NCBI RefSeq assembly: GCF_000237865.1
Contig: NC_017459.1
Coordinates: forward strand, 1,020,001-1,052,000
From: Haloquadratum walsbyi C23
GTDB lineage: Archaea; Halobacteriota; Halobacteria; Halobacteriales; Haloferacaceae
Direction of reading: 5' to 3'
Length of the DNA stretch: 32,000 nucleotides
Shown here piece by piece: positions 1-8,438 of this stretch. Numbering within the stretch: position 1 is the stretch's first letter; every line of letters starts with the position of its first letter. The notes under the pieces were generated by a model. The model did no database searches, had not been told where the DNA came from, and was given only the letters and a program-made list of their open reading frames with translations. Both the position numbers and the translations under genes were made by a program.

Positions 1-425
1 AAATAAATATACTGACTGCTGGCGGTAATTACGGCTGGCCAATTGCAGATGAAAGTTGCCAGTACGGGAGTGATGAACCGATTGGTGTCTCACACGGTGA
101 CCGAGAGGATGTAATCGCACCAGTGTATTCATGGCCATGTGGAAGTGGTGGATTTCCGCCAAGTGGTATGGCGTTTTATGATGCTGAAACAGCCAGCAAA
201 TCTCGTGGTATTGTGGGGTGGCAGGGAGATCTTTTCGTTGGTGGATTAGCCTCACAGTCACTCGCGCGGTTCCGTATTGACAATCAACAGATTGAATTAA
301 TTGATCATCTTCTCACGAATCGTGGATGGCGCATTCGTGCTGTTTCTGCCGCTCCGGATACCGGAGCAATATATGCAGTAATTGACTCAGATGATGCAGA
401 ACTGATTCGGCTTGTGTCTGCTTGA
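1..425 (+). CDS. PQQ-dependent sugar (glucose/sorbosone) dehydrogenase family protein, C-terminal part; the 5' end lies outside the window
   Basis: Frame 3 is open from the window edge to TGA at 423-425. The translation ..ILTAGGNYGWPIADESCQYGSDEPIG.. carries the GGNYGWP motif typical of soluble PQQ sugar dehydrogenases. The tracked ORF 123..425 is only its tail. Confidence 0.7.
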   Translation, partial: INILTAGGNYGWPIADESCQYGSDEPIGVSHGDREDVIAPVYSWPCGSGGFPPSGMAFYDAETASKSRGIVGWQGDLFVGGLASQSLARFRIDNQQIELIDHLLTNRGWRIRAVSAAPDTGAIYAVIDSDDAELIRLVSA

Positions 426-426
426 T

Positions 427-1050
427 ATCCTCCTCCACGTTTAGTGATTCGACAAACTTCTGGGTGAACTGATTCACTAAATCGATGCGAGAGAACTATT
501 CTGACTGATGTATGTCTAGTTAAGCACCCACTTCTTCTGTGAACTACTACACGCGGAGGAATTCCACGGCACCACACGCACCGCTGAGTTGGGAGTTTCA
601 GGTGCAGGTTCACAGGCTGCCGAACTCACACGCCGTGCGAACCAGTGTGCGGTCGAGGAACGGACAGCCTCTTTGAATTGGGAGTATCACAGCTTAAATC
701 ACGGTACTCCTATCTTCACCCGAAAACGCGCTCCTGTGTTAGTTTCCCCACAGGAGCGGTGGTCGGTGGTCAGTGGTCAGTGGTCGGTTTCACCAGACTC
801 AGAGTTACTCACGTCAACGCTCGCCCGGTGCTTATTCTTTGTTTCCCACATGGGGCACACTCTGCTTCCAGCGTGGGCGGACACTCATACTTGAACCGCC
901 ACCTTTCGGGCGCTTGGCTACAGTGGGATCATAGTCAGTGCGCCGACAGTTATATATACATCATGTTTCGACCGTTCGGGAACCCCCGGCTGCGACGGCG
1001 CGTGTCCACGGTCTGAGACTATGTGGTATTGTACCTGTATTAGCTATAAT
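427..1050 (+). repeat. Type B GC-rich non-coding element, copy B1. Its 5' hairpin arms (431-439 and 552-560) are separated by about 110 nt.
   Basis: Shares ordered boxes with 9815-10353, 12300-12660 and 30646-31178: ATCCTCCTCC start, ACGGCACC..TTGGGAGT, GGTACTCCTAT, CCACATGGGGCACAC..GCGTGGGCGGACACTCA..AACCGCCAC, and a 3' box GACGGCGCGTGTCCACG..TGTGGTATTGTACCTGT. It starts immediately after TTGAT (422-426). Confidence 0.75.
758..785. repeat. Heptamer tandem repeat (RGTGGTC) x4 inside copy B1
   Basis: ggtggtc ggtggtc agtggtc agtggtc, read directly. The homologous site in copy B2 (about 10060-10075) has fewer units. Confidence 0.8.
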
Positions 1051-1106
1051 CCGCATGAATCGCTTCGGGTATTCGCCTCGACCGCCGATAAAATTTCAGC
1101 CAATGT

Positions 1107-1995
1107 ATCTCTGTTGAAATCCTCAGAGAGTTACATGTTCATCCTGTAATTCCACGAGATGAAGCCCCTCCCGAAGTCGCAAATTCTCCGTTTTACTGAG
1201 AAAGCGATCCGCCTGATCCGCCGAGTAGTCTCCCGGTACTTCTTGAAGTTCTCTAAACACCGCTATACACTTCCCCAACACGTTGTTCTGCTGTGTCTCA
1301 AAGTTCGGAAGAACACGATCTATCGTGGACCGCTTGACGAATTAATCGATATGCCACGCATCCGTCGTGTCCTCGTGTTAGCTGAACTTCCTACGCCATC
1401 AACGCCCTGTAAGACATTCTATCGACTTGATATGACCGTATGGCGTGTCTTATCGACTCTCTCCGTCACGCTACTTCAGACGAGCGGAGTTGTTGGGGTT
1501 GATACGTCAGGATTTGACCACAGTCACGCTTCGAAACACTACACGAAACAAGCCGAATTCACGATTTAGTAGCTCAAAGTAACGCTGCTGGTCGATGCGA
1601 AAGTGAACGCAATTCTCGACCTCCACGTGACGATGACTCGGAAACACGATAGCCAAATCGCTCCGTCGTTGGTTAAGGGCAACGCTGAGAGTATTGATGT
1701 TCTGCTCGGTAACAAAGGCCAGGACGACCAGAAAATCAGGCGACTTGCCCGGCAACACGAAGTTCGGTCACTGATCAAGCATCGTGAGTTCATATCGCTC
1801 CACAAGGCATGGAACACCTATTTAGACGCTGACGTTTAGGATTAACAGAGTCAATCACAGACGGTCAACTCTACGCTCAAGCGGAAATTTGATTCGTTCG
1901 CCCGCTCACGGCACTGGTGGAAATAGTTCCGTGAACTCACTATCGCTTGTCTCAGTCACAATATCGACCGATCACTCTGAATGGTCAAGACAGAT
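1107..1995 (+). mobile_element. Decayed IS5-family (ISH-type) insertion sequence; boundaries approximate
   Basis: Imperfect terminal inverted repeats: ATCTCTGTTGAAATCCTCAGAG (1107-1128) against the reverse complement of 1975-1995 (ATCTGTCTTGACCATTCAGAG). They enclose a transposase pseudogene. No clear target duplication was seen. Confidence 0.5.
1159..1980 (+). pseudogene. IS5-family DDE transposase pseudogene: one reading frame with five in-frame stops and no frameshift
   Basis: ORFs 1159..1569 and 1603..1839 and the following segment are all in frame 1. Stops are TAG TAG (1567-1572), TAG (1837), TAA (1843) and TAG (about 1924). The joined translation MKPLPKSQILRF..DTSGFDHSHASKHYTK..LKVTLLVDAKVNAILDLHVT..RKHDSQIAPSL..KHREF.SLHKAWN..TVNSTLKRKF..RHWWK*FRELTIACLSHNIDR matches, from memory, the common haloarchaeal ISH9-like IS5-type transposase. 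Confidence 0.8.
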
Positions 1996-1998
1996 CCT

Positions 1999-2358
1999 CT
2001 ACCGGTTACTGATCTGTTCACCGGCGTCTTGGATTTTACCATAGGCCGGTGCAAGCACGTAATCCGCGACACCGGGCGCAATAATAAATCCGACCAGCCG
2101 GAACCCATTGAATCCGGTGTCGGTCCCTACGTCGATGAGAGCGACCAGTCCAGCCACCCCGACTCCAACCCCGGTCCCAACAGTCAACTCCCAGCGATAT
2201 TCACCCCACCAGACGATGATACCAGCAACTAGAAGCACGATACCACTCACAACCGAATCGACGACAAACGACAGCCCATCAAAGGTCAGCCAATCAAGTG
2301 CCAGTCCGATTCCGACCCCACGAGATTGTTTAATTGGATCGAGTTTTTCTTCGCTCAT
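1999..2358 (-). CDS. Small integral membrane protein (hypothetical)
   Basis: ORF 1999..2370. ATG at 2358 (MSEEKLDPIKQ..) is preferred over the upstream GTG. There are three or four hydrophobic, Gly-rich segments (GIVLLVAGIIVWW, VGVGVAGLVALI, LVGFIIAPGV). The stop lies 3 nt outside the IS end. Confidence 0.55.
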   Translation of the reverse strand: MSEEKLDPIKQSRGVGIGLALDWLTFDGLSFVVDSVVSGIVLLVAGIIVWWGEYRWELTVGTGVGVGVAGLVALIDVGTDTGFNGFRLVGFIIAPGVADYVLAPAYGKIQDAGEQISNR

Positions 2359-2728
2359 ACAACACCTCACCGATCATTCAGAAAGCATCATGGGTGTTAC
2401 AAAGCCTTTAGTAATCAATACGTACTCTTCAGCGACGGGATGTCCCAGTCGATTATTCCGATGAGCAGGCGAAAAACCTCACCTACAATTAGGAATGACA
2501 CCACAAACGCAAACCCGCAGCGATGATTCATACTTTTGTTTAGTTTTGTTTAGTGTTGAAAGATATAGTAAGCTGTGTCGTTATGGCTACATGAGAAGAT
2601 TCTACAGATGGCTCTCAATGACCGGATGTTTCAGGTGAGCATATATCTGAAAAAGAGGATTTTAACGGAGCCGCCAATATATAATATGAATATTGATCAG
2701 GATAATCGCATCTTCAAGCGGGAGAATG

Positions 2729-3358
2729 TCAATCGTTGGAAGATATTTGACAAGGACAACCGTCACGTTCGAGCAGTTCTGTAACAGAATGCTGATCACC
2801 ACAAGCTTGACATAGAACTTGGACATCTAGCAGCACCTCAAATGCATCCAGCGCAATTCGGTCCGTCTCCCGAAGTTTTTCAATACGTTCTTCAGTTACG
2901 GATGTTGTCCGACTCATCAACCGCTGGATGCTTTCAAGATCTTTTTGAATCTTTGCCTCATCCGAGATTGTCTGATATTCTGCGCCACGCCAATCCTTGA
3001 GATATGAGCGGATTGCTTGATATGTAACAAAATCAGACTCAAGCGAATTAATATCAACACCACGCTGCTCAAGTCGAGAGCGTGTGTCCGTTCGAACACC
3101 AGAACTCACATTATCACTTGTCAATCGGGTATAAATCGTCTCGACAGTGTTATCAAGTGCTCCAGTGCCGTTATCAGCAGCAATTAATGCCTGACGAAGC
3201 AACTGCTGATTGAAGAACGTCGCAAGGTCGCGGAGACTCATGCGTTTATTATCATCACCGGTCCATCGCGCCTCAAGATCTGCACCAAGTCCTTCCAATT
3301 CATATTCCTCAATTAAGCGAGCGACCTTACTTGCAGGTCGGTTATCGTTCGTACTCAT
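2729..3358 (-). CDS. rdfA: Rod-determining factor RdfA-like protein
   Basis: 209 aa. N-terminus ..KVARLIEEYELEGLGADLEARWTGDDNKRMSLRDLATFFN.. and a C-terminal Cys cluster CQACGDQHSVTELLERDGCPC. It lies directly downstream of an SMC-like Sph gene, as in the Haloferax sph3-rdfA locus. Recognition is from memory. Confidence 0.65.
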   Translation of the reverse strand: MSTNDNRPASKVARLIEEYELEGLGADLEARWTGDDNKRMSLRDLATFFNQQLLRQALIAADNGTGALDNTVETIYTRLTSDNVSSGVRTDTRSRLEQRGVDINSLESDFVTYQAIRSYLKDWRGAEYQTISDEAKIQKDLESIQRLMSRTTSVTEERIEKLRETDRIALDAFEVLLDVQVLCQACGDQHSVTELLERDGCPCQISSND

Positions 3359-3575
3359 AACTATCTGTATCCTTTTTTCTGCCTTTTTGTTTTGCTCATT
3401 CTATCTAAACTCAAGTTTATGTCGTTCGAAAACATATGGTGACTATTTTATAAATTTACGTTTTGTTGATGCGAATTGGTATACTTATTTGCATTATAGA
3501 CGCCAATTTAGACAATTTTTATATTGTTACGATACTCAAAGCGCATATTGAGTTACAATTAATCAATAATTGTAT

Positions 3576-5570
3576 TTAAATATCTGTAATCCGATCATAT
3601 TCTTTATTAATTGATTGTGCATCCTCAGGAAGCAATGCAACAACGAGATATTCGACATATTCAGAGAAGTATGAAATAAGTGCAGCGATTCGATTAGAAT
3701 CAATTGCCTCCAGTGAATCCAATAGCATAAACGGTACAGTCTCATGGAGATCATGTACAAGATATCCTGCAAGGGCAAAAATAAGTCCGGTGACCTCTCG
3801 CTCACTCTCACTGAGATGTTCAACAGTGTCTTCATACGCGGTTCCGCTTGCAGTCGTTCGGATTACATGAAGTTCAAACACCGTCTGTTCGACTTTCTGC
3901 CGCCCTGAGCGAACTTTATTTTGGGTCCGTTCAATCCAAATCCGATCAAGATTTTCATATGCAAGAATATCAAGAATTGATTCCATGTGCGCATTGAACT
4001 GTTCGACAGCCTCATGCTCAATCTGATCAATCTTCGTCCGCTCGTCCTCCAGTTGATTGACAATGGTTTTCCGTTCAGACTCAAGCGTATCGATACGATC
4101 AATTGCTGCTTCGATTGACTCAATCTTATTTGATACCGACTGATGATCCGACTCAAGTCGATTAATTTCAAACTCAACTTCGTTTGCTTCACGATGAAGT
4201 GAGAGTATATCTTCAAAGCTTTCAGACTCAAGCTCATCAACTTCAGTCTCAAGTGTCTCAATTGTCGCTGTCAGATCTTTTCGTTGTTCTTTGAGCGTCT
4301 CCAATTGCTTTTTCCGTTGGTCTATCTCTTGGGTGATGCGATTAATCGTGCTCTCAAGATCTGATCGACGCGTCTGTTCTGACTCAATTTCACGTTTTTC
4401 ACTCTTCAGTGAGTCAAGATCTGATTTCACATCATTGAGTGATTGGACACGGTCTGCCCGAACTGATTTCAACTGGTCGACTGTTGCCTCAATTTGTTCG
4501 CGATCGACTGCTGACCCACATGTCCAACATGTAACTGTTTCAGATCCTGTATTCTCATCAGCGAGTAACCGATCGGTAATCGCATCTGCTCCACTAGAAC
4601 TTTCTTCAGTGTCTGTTTTTGAATTAACATCGTCGCTAATACGCCCAATTACATTATACTCTCCATCCTCAAGTTGATCCTCGTTATACTGGATAAGATT
4701 TTGAAGTTGTGAAATCTCGGCATTGAGAGCCTGTCGGTCATCCCGAAGTGAATCAATCTGTTGTTCAAGACGTGTGAGTTTCGCTGCTGGCGTGCTTGAC
4801 AACTCTGAAAGTGCTGTTTTATTTTCTTCGTGTTCAGCCTGTAATGACTCAATACTCTCTCTTTGTGTCTCAATTTGTTGACGGATTGAATCTAGATCTG
4901 ACCGAGTCGATCGTAATTCATCCAATTTTGATTCCAGTTCAGCTTCTTTTTCTTGACTATCCGAAATATTCCGACTACTTTCATCAATTTCCGTCTCTTT
5001 TTTAGATAACTCTTCTCTTTTTTTAGATATTTTAGACTCAATATTCTTTTTTTGCTTTTCCAACTCAGGAAGTCCCTGCTTTTTCGACTCGATATCGGAT
5101 ATCTTCTCATCTATCTCCGACCTCTGTGATTCAAGCGACGATATTTTACGCTTAATTTCCTCGATGTCCACCGGCTCCATAATTATCTCGCGAAGGTCGG
5201 CGCTCCGAGAGACAGCACGGCGGGCATTATTTCCCTCAAGAAGAAATGCAAATCTTTCAGCAATATCCGGATCATCAAGATACGTATTACCGTCAAAAAT
5301 AACAGTATCATCGGTCTGAGACACAGTTCGTTGATATTCTGTTTCATCAAGCGTCAGTTCGACAATACCCTCATCAGCATCCGCCTTAAGAGTCGCTGCA
5401 TTGCTTCCCATCGCCGCCATTACCGCTTGTAAAAACGATGTTCGATTTGTTGCGTTCTCACCGGTTAACACAGTTACACCGGGTTCGATGACAACTGATG
5501 TTTCATCAATCCCACCGATATTCCTCACATGAAATTGTGCAGCGTCACTTACGGTCTGTGAAGTAGTCAT
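3576..5570 (-). CDS. sph: Archaea-specific SMC-related protein (Sph family)
   Basis: 664 aa. N-terminal head NIGGIDETSVVIEPGVTVLTGENATNRTSFLQAVMAAMGS. A long heptad-like E/K/S/L-rich coiled coil is interrupted by a CxxC hook-like motif (VTCWTCGSAVDREQIE). The C-terminal head is ..VPFMLLDSLEAIDSNRI... Confidence 0.85.
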   Translation of the reverse strand: MTTSQTVSDAAQFHVRNIGGIDETSVVIEPGVTVLTGENATNRTSFLQAVMAAMGSNAATLKADADEGIVELTLDETEYQRTVSQTDDTVIFDGNTYLDDPDIAERFAFLLEGNNARRAVSRSADLREIIMEPVDIEEIKRKISSLESQRSEIDEKISDIESKKQGLPELEKQKKNIESKISKKREELSKKETEIDESSRNISDSQEKEAELESKLDELRSTRSDLDSIRQQIETQRESIESLQAEHEENKTALSELSSTPAAKLTRLEQQIDSLRDDRQALNAEISQLQNLIQYNEDQLEDGEYNVIGRISDDVNSKTDTEESSSGADAITDRLLADENTGSETVTCWTCGSAVDREQIEATVDQLKSVRADRVQSLNDVKSDLDSLKSEKREIESEQTRRSDLESTINRITQEIDQRKKQLETLKEQRKDLTATIETLETEVDELESESFEDILSLHREANEVEFEINRLESDHQSVSNKIESIEAAIDRIDTLESERKTIVNQLEDERTKIDQIEHEAVEQFNAHMESILDILAYENLDRIWIERTQNKVRSGRQKVEQTVFELHVIRTTASGTAYEDTVEHLSESEREVTGLIFALAGYLVHDLHETVPFMLLDSLEAIDSNRIAALISYFSEYVEYLVVALLPEDAQSINKEYDRITDI

Positions 5571-6463
5571 TATCTTATATATCTGATAGACAAGTAAAAA
5601 ACTATTCTCTTTGTGATTTATTGTTAAATTATGGCTAAATGATTCAATGCGTGCTCACGTATTGTTTAGTATCAAACATAATGTAATATAATTGTGATTT
5701 GTCTCGGGATTAAGCCCCGTGGCAGTTGGTTTATATCGGATGTAAACATCAAGATGATTCATAAAACAACTGTAATGCTTGGAGAACACATATGATATTA
5801 AATACATATCGACAGAAGTATTTAGCGCTGATTATGAAACATGTGATATTATTATAATTAAACACATCATCATATCAATCCTGTCACTATCTGTGCAATT
5901 CGATTAAAATCTTATAACATACGTACTGTCGTTATTCCACCGTATAGAATGGACATCACGGATATTAACTGAAATAAATGAAACGTCTGGTCAAAAAATG
6001 GTATGAACATCTAATTTCGGGTAGAATTTATATATTATATCATGAAAATTAATATGAGATTCAGATGTGAATGTTATATCTATCCCTTAATCTATTATAT
6101 TTATGCAACTATCGAGGAAATAGCGAAAAATCCATGGGTCGCCCGATCTGTGGTCGTTTACTGCAATTTCATATCTAATGTGGTGGAGGAAAATCTGACA
6201 CATCGGAATAGACAGTCACGGAAAATAAACTCATAGTGATTACTTCGAATAGTTTCACTGACAGTGTCGAATGACGCGGGTTCAGCGGCTCCCATCGCCG
6301 ACACGGATAATCACGGCGGTAAAGACTTGCACTAATTACTATCAGTCGGTTACCCTCTCAGCATTCACAAAAGCGACCTTCCCACACAGTTAATTAGATA
6401 TCAAAGAGTCTTAACGATGTGAATATCCCACCACCACGCTCTAAACGAAAAGCAGCGCGAGTT

Positions 6464-6855
6464 CCCCGCCCCACCGTGGGCGGGGGTGAAGCTCGTACGC
6501 TCGGCTGCGTCCCATTTTTTTACTATCGGGACGCCCTACTATAGTTTGGAACCCACGTTATCGGCCTCGCAAAACCCGCGCACCCATTTTGGGGTAAGAC
6601 GCTGTGCGCCGGGTCTGTATCGCGCCCATGTGAAGGGGCGGACGCCCACGGACACGCCCGCCACGGCAGCAACAGACGACCTCTGTTGCGGTGGCACTTT
6701 TGGTGTGTTCGGGTGTTACTGGTTCCACGCGAGTCTCGCCAGAGACGAGCGCGGGCGGAATTAAAATTCGCCACCGGTCGTTTCGCTGGCTTCCCGCCAG
6801 AGACCACGGCGAAGCCACGGGCCACCGCGCCCGTGGTACTTCACATGGGTAACGG
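6464..6855 (+). repeat. Type A GC-rich hairpin-bounded non-coding element, copy A1
   Basis: 5' hairpin ccccgccc-caccgt-gggcgggg (6464-6485) followed by GTGAAGC. The 3' module is TTCGGGTGTTA, a stem-loop, GGAATTAAAATTCGCC, GAAGCC plus hairpin ccacggg-ccaccgcg-cccgtgg (6815-6836), then TACTTCACATGGGTAAC. This matches 29550-29718. A sampled line at 6601-6660 is about 73 percent GC, against about 23 percent at 5581-5640. Confidence 0.7.
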
Positions 6856-7364
6856 AGTTAATCACTAGCGCGGAAAATTGAAAATAACATTGTCTATTCT
6901 ATTAGCGTAGGGCGCAATAAGAATAAAAAATAGTAATGTTTACCTCACATTTGATATATTCAGAACGAATATCTCACATATAAACCTATTTTGACCTTAT
7001 TTATTAATCAATAGTGATTCTCACTCATAATTAATTAGCAATATCATAAAATAAATCACCTCAAGTCAATTAGACAGCTCAAATAGTTAGATTACATCCA
7101 AATATTGACATGCATAGCACTATATATTCAAAAAATGTTTGTATAAAGTGTTAAAGTAATTGCTGATCACGAATTATGATTATACGACCCTATCATGGGT
7201 GAATCACATCGGAGATTTACAGGATGCAGGGAGCATTCCATATAGATCTGATATGACCACAAGATGATGCATCCAAGATAGTTATGTTACTTTCACTGCA
7301 GATTCGACCCAACAAATTCACATTACCAACAACTGATAATTCCTTCCAGTACTGAGCATATGAT

Positions 7365-8318
7365 ATGACTTCGACGCCAGAGCAACTTGCGGGCGTTGCA
7401 GATATTGATTGCACCGGAATGCAAGCGCTCGTCACTGGATCAACGAGCGGGATTGGTCGGGCAGCTGCCATCGCGCTTGGTCGTCTCGGTGCTGACGTTA
7501 TCGTGCATGGACGTGATGCGACTGCTGGTGCCGATGTTGTTGATACAGTGACTGCATATGGTGCTGATGCAGAATTTATTGCTGCTGACTTCGCTGATGT
7601 TAGCGCCGTCCGTGAGCTCGCAGCGACTGTTCAATCGACAACAGACGGAATTGATCTTCTCTATAATAATGCCGGTGGGGTCTTTCGTGATGGACAGCTC
7701 ACTGACTGTGGCGTTGAGTATACATTTCACGTTAACCACCTTGCACCATATCTACTCACGACCGAACTTCTTGATCATCTCAATACGGATGCTCGAGTTG
7801 TGACGACTGCATCAGCAGCACATCAGGGTGCCTCTCTAGATATTAACCGAACTCGAACCGTTGATGATCATAGTGCGTTTTGGGCATACAATCACTCAAA
7901 ACTGGCAAATATACTGTTCACAACTGAACTTGCTAAGCGCGTTGATGCAAGCAAATACACAGCCACTGCAGTGTGTGTACATCCTGGCGCGATTCCTGGA
8001 AGTGGATTTACGCGATTCCTCCCTGGACCATTACCACGAATTATACAGTCACTCGAAGCAGTTCCGGGTGTCACAACTGTCAACGATGGTGCTGCTGAAT
8101 TGTTATTTGCTGGAATATCATCACAGGCGACTGATTACTCAGGGCAGTACCTCGCCAGTCAACAGTTGAAGAAACCATCCTCAGATGCGCGAGATGAGGC
8201 AAGTGCACGGCGGTTATGGCAGGAAAGTGCGAGTATACTGGATATCACTGAGCCACTCAATAATCTACCTGATAATCAACAGAGTAACTCAGGAGTCGAT
8301 ATTGATGTCACTGGATAA
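7365..8318 (+). CDS. Short-chain dehydrogenase/reductase (SDR) family oxidoreductase
   Basis: 317 aa with a Rossmann motif ALVTGSTSGIGRAAA, NNAG, and a catalytic YNHSK. Confidence 0.85.
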   Translation: MTSTPEQLAGVADIDCTGMQALVTGSTSGIGRAAAIALGRLGADVIVHGRDATAGADVVDTVTAYGADAEFIAADFADVSAVRELAATVQSTTDGIDLLYNNAGGVFRDGQLTDCGVEYTFHVNHLAPYLLTTELLDHLNTDARVVTTASAAHQGASLDINRTRTVDDHSAFWAYNHSKLANILFTTELAKRVDASKYTATAVCVHPGAIPGSGFTRFLPGPLPRIIQSLEAVPGVTTVNDGAAELLFAGISSQATDYSGQYLASQQLKKPSSDARDEASARRLWQESASILDITEPLNNLPDNQQSNSGVDIDVTG

Positions 8319-8438
8319 ACAGAGGTAATGCGAATACAACCTATCGGTACTCATATAAGACCCAATACTAGTACTGAAAGACGACTTGGAATGGACGAAG
8401 AGGGTCACAGCTATGTGGTGGCTACATGTGTATCGAAT

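Noticed and set aside
738-756. GTTTCCCCACAGGAG (B1) and TTTTTTCCACAGGGG (B2, about 10051-10066) resemble archaeal origin recognition boxes (TTCCAGTGGAAAC-like), as does the half-site of the 24991-25006 palindrome
   Set aside because: There is no orc1/cdc6 gene in the window. The motifs lie inside multi-copy mobile elements and are not arranged as inverted pairs around an unwinding region. The match is partial.
589-1016. ORFs lying inside the GC-rich elements: 589..894, 645..1016, 6486..6764, 6523..6825, 6558..6818, 9871..10119, 10113..10367, 12350..12649 and 30136..30897
   Set aside because: Several frames and both strands are open at once, as expected for GC-rich DNA. Differences between copies do not follow codon periodicity in any frame I translated. 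The predicted peptides are Arg/Cys/Trp-rich, unlike the acidic proteome of the real genes. ORF 30136..30897 also overlaps the clear folA frame.
846-1016. Reading the minus strand of type B elements as a decayed TnpB C-terminus (VD[TM]RR[RH].. and C..C..CxxCG-like strings)
   Set aside because: Only a few residues resemble the TnpB VDPxxTSQ..CxxCG region. Stops occur in every frame, and substitutions between copies are not synonymous-biased. It cannot be excluded without a profile search, so I keep it only as a test and not as a call.
1567-1926. In-frame TAG codons in the transposase frame read as pyrrolysine or programmed read-through
   Set aside because: A TAA stop also interrupts the frame, the catalytic residues are mutated, and pyrrolysine machinery is not a known feature of Halobacteria. 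Pseudogenisation is the simpler explanation.
3863-5110. Long ORFs antisense to, or out of frame with, the sph gene: 3863..4261, 4291..4677, 4649..4873, 4796..5005 and 4892..5110
   Set aside because: They are by-products of the low-complexity coiled-coil coding sequence. The 664-aa Sph frame explains the whole interval.
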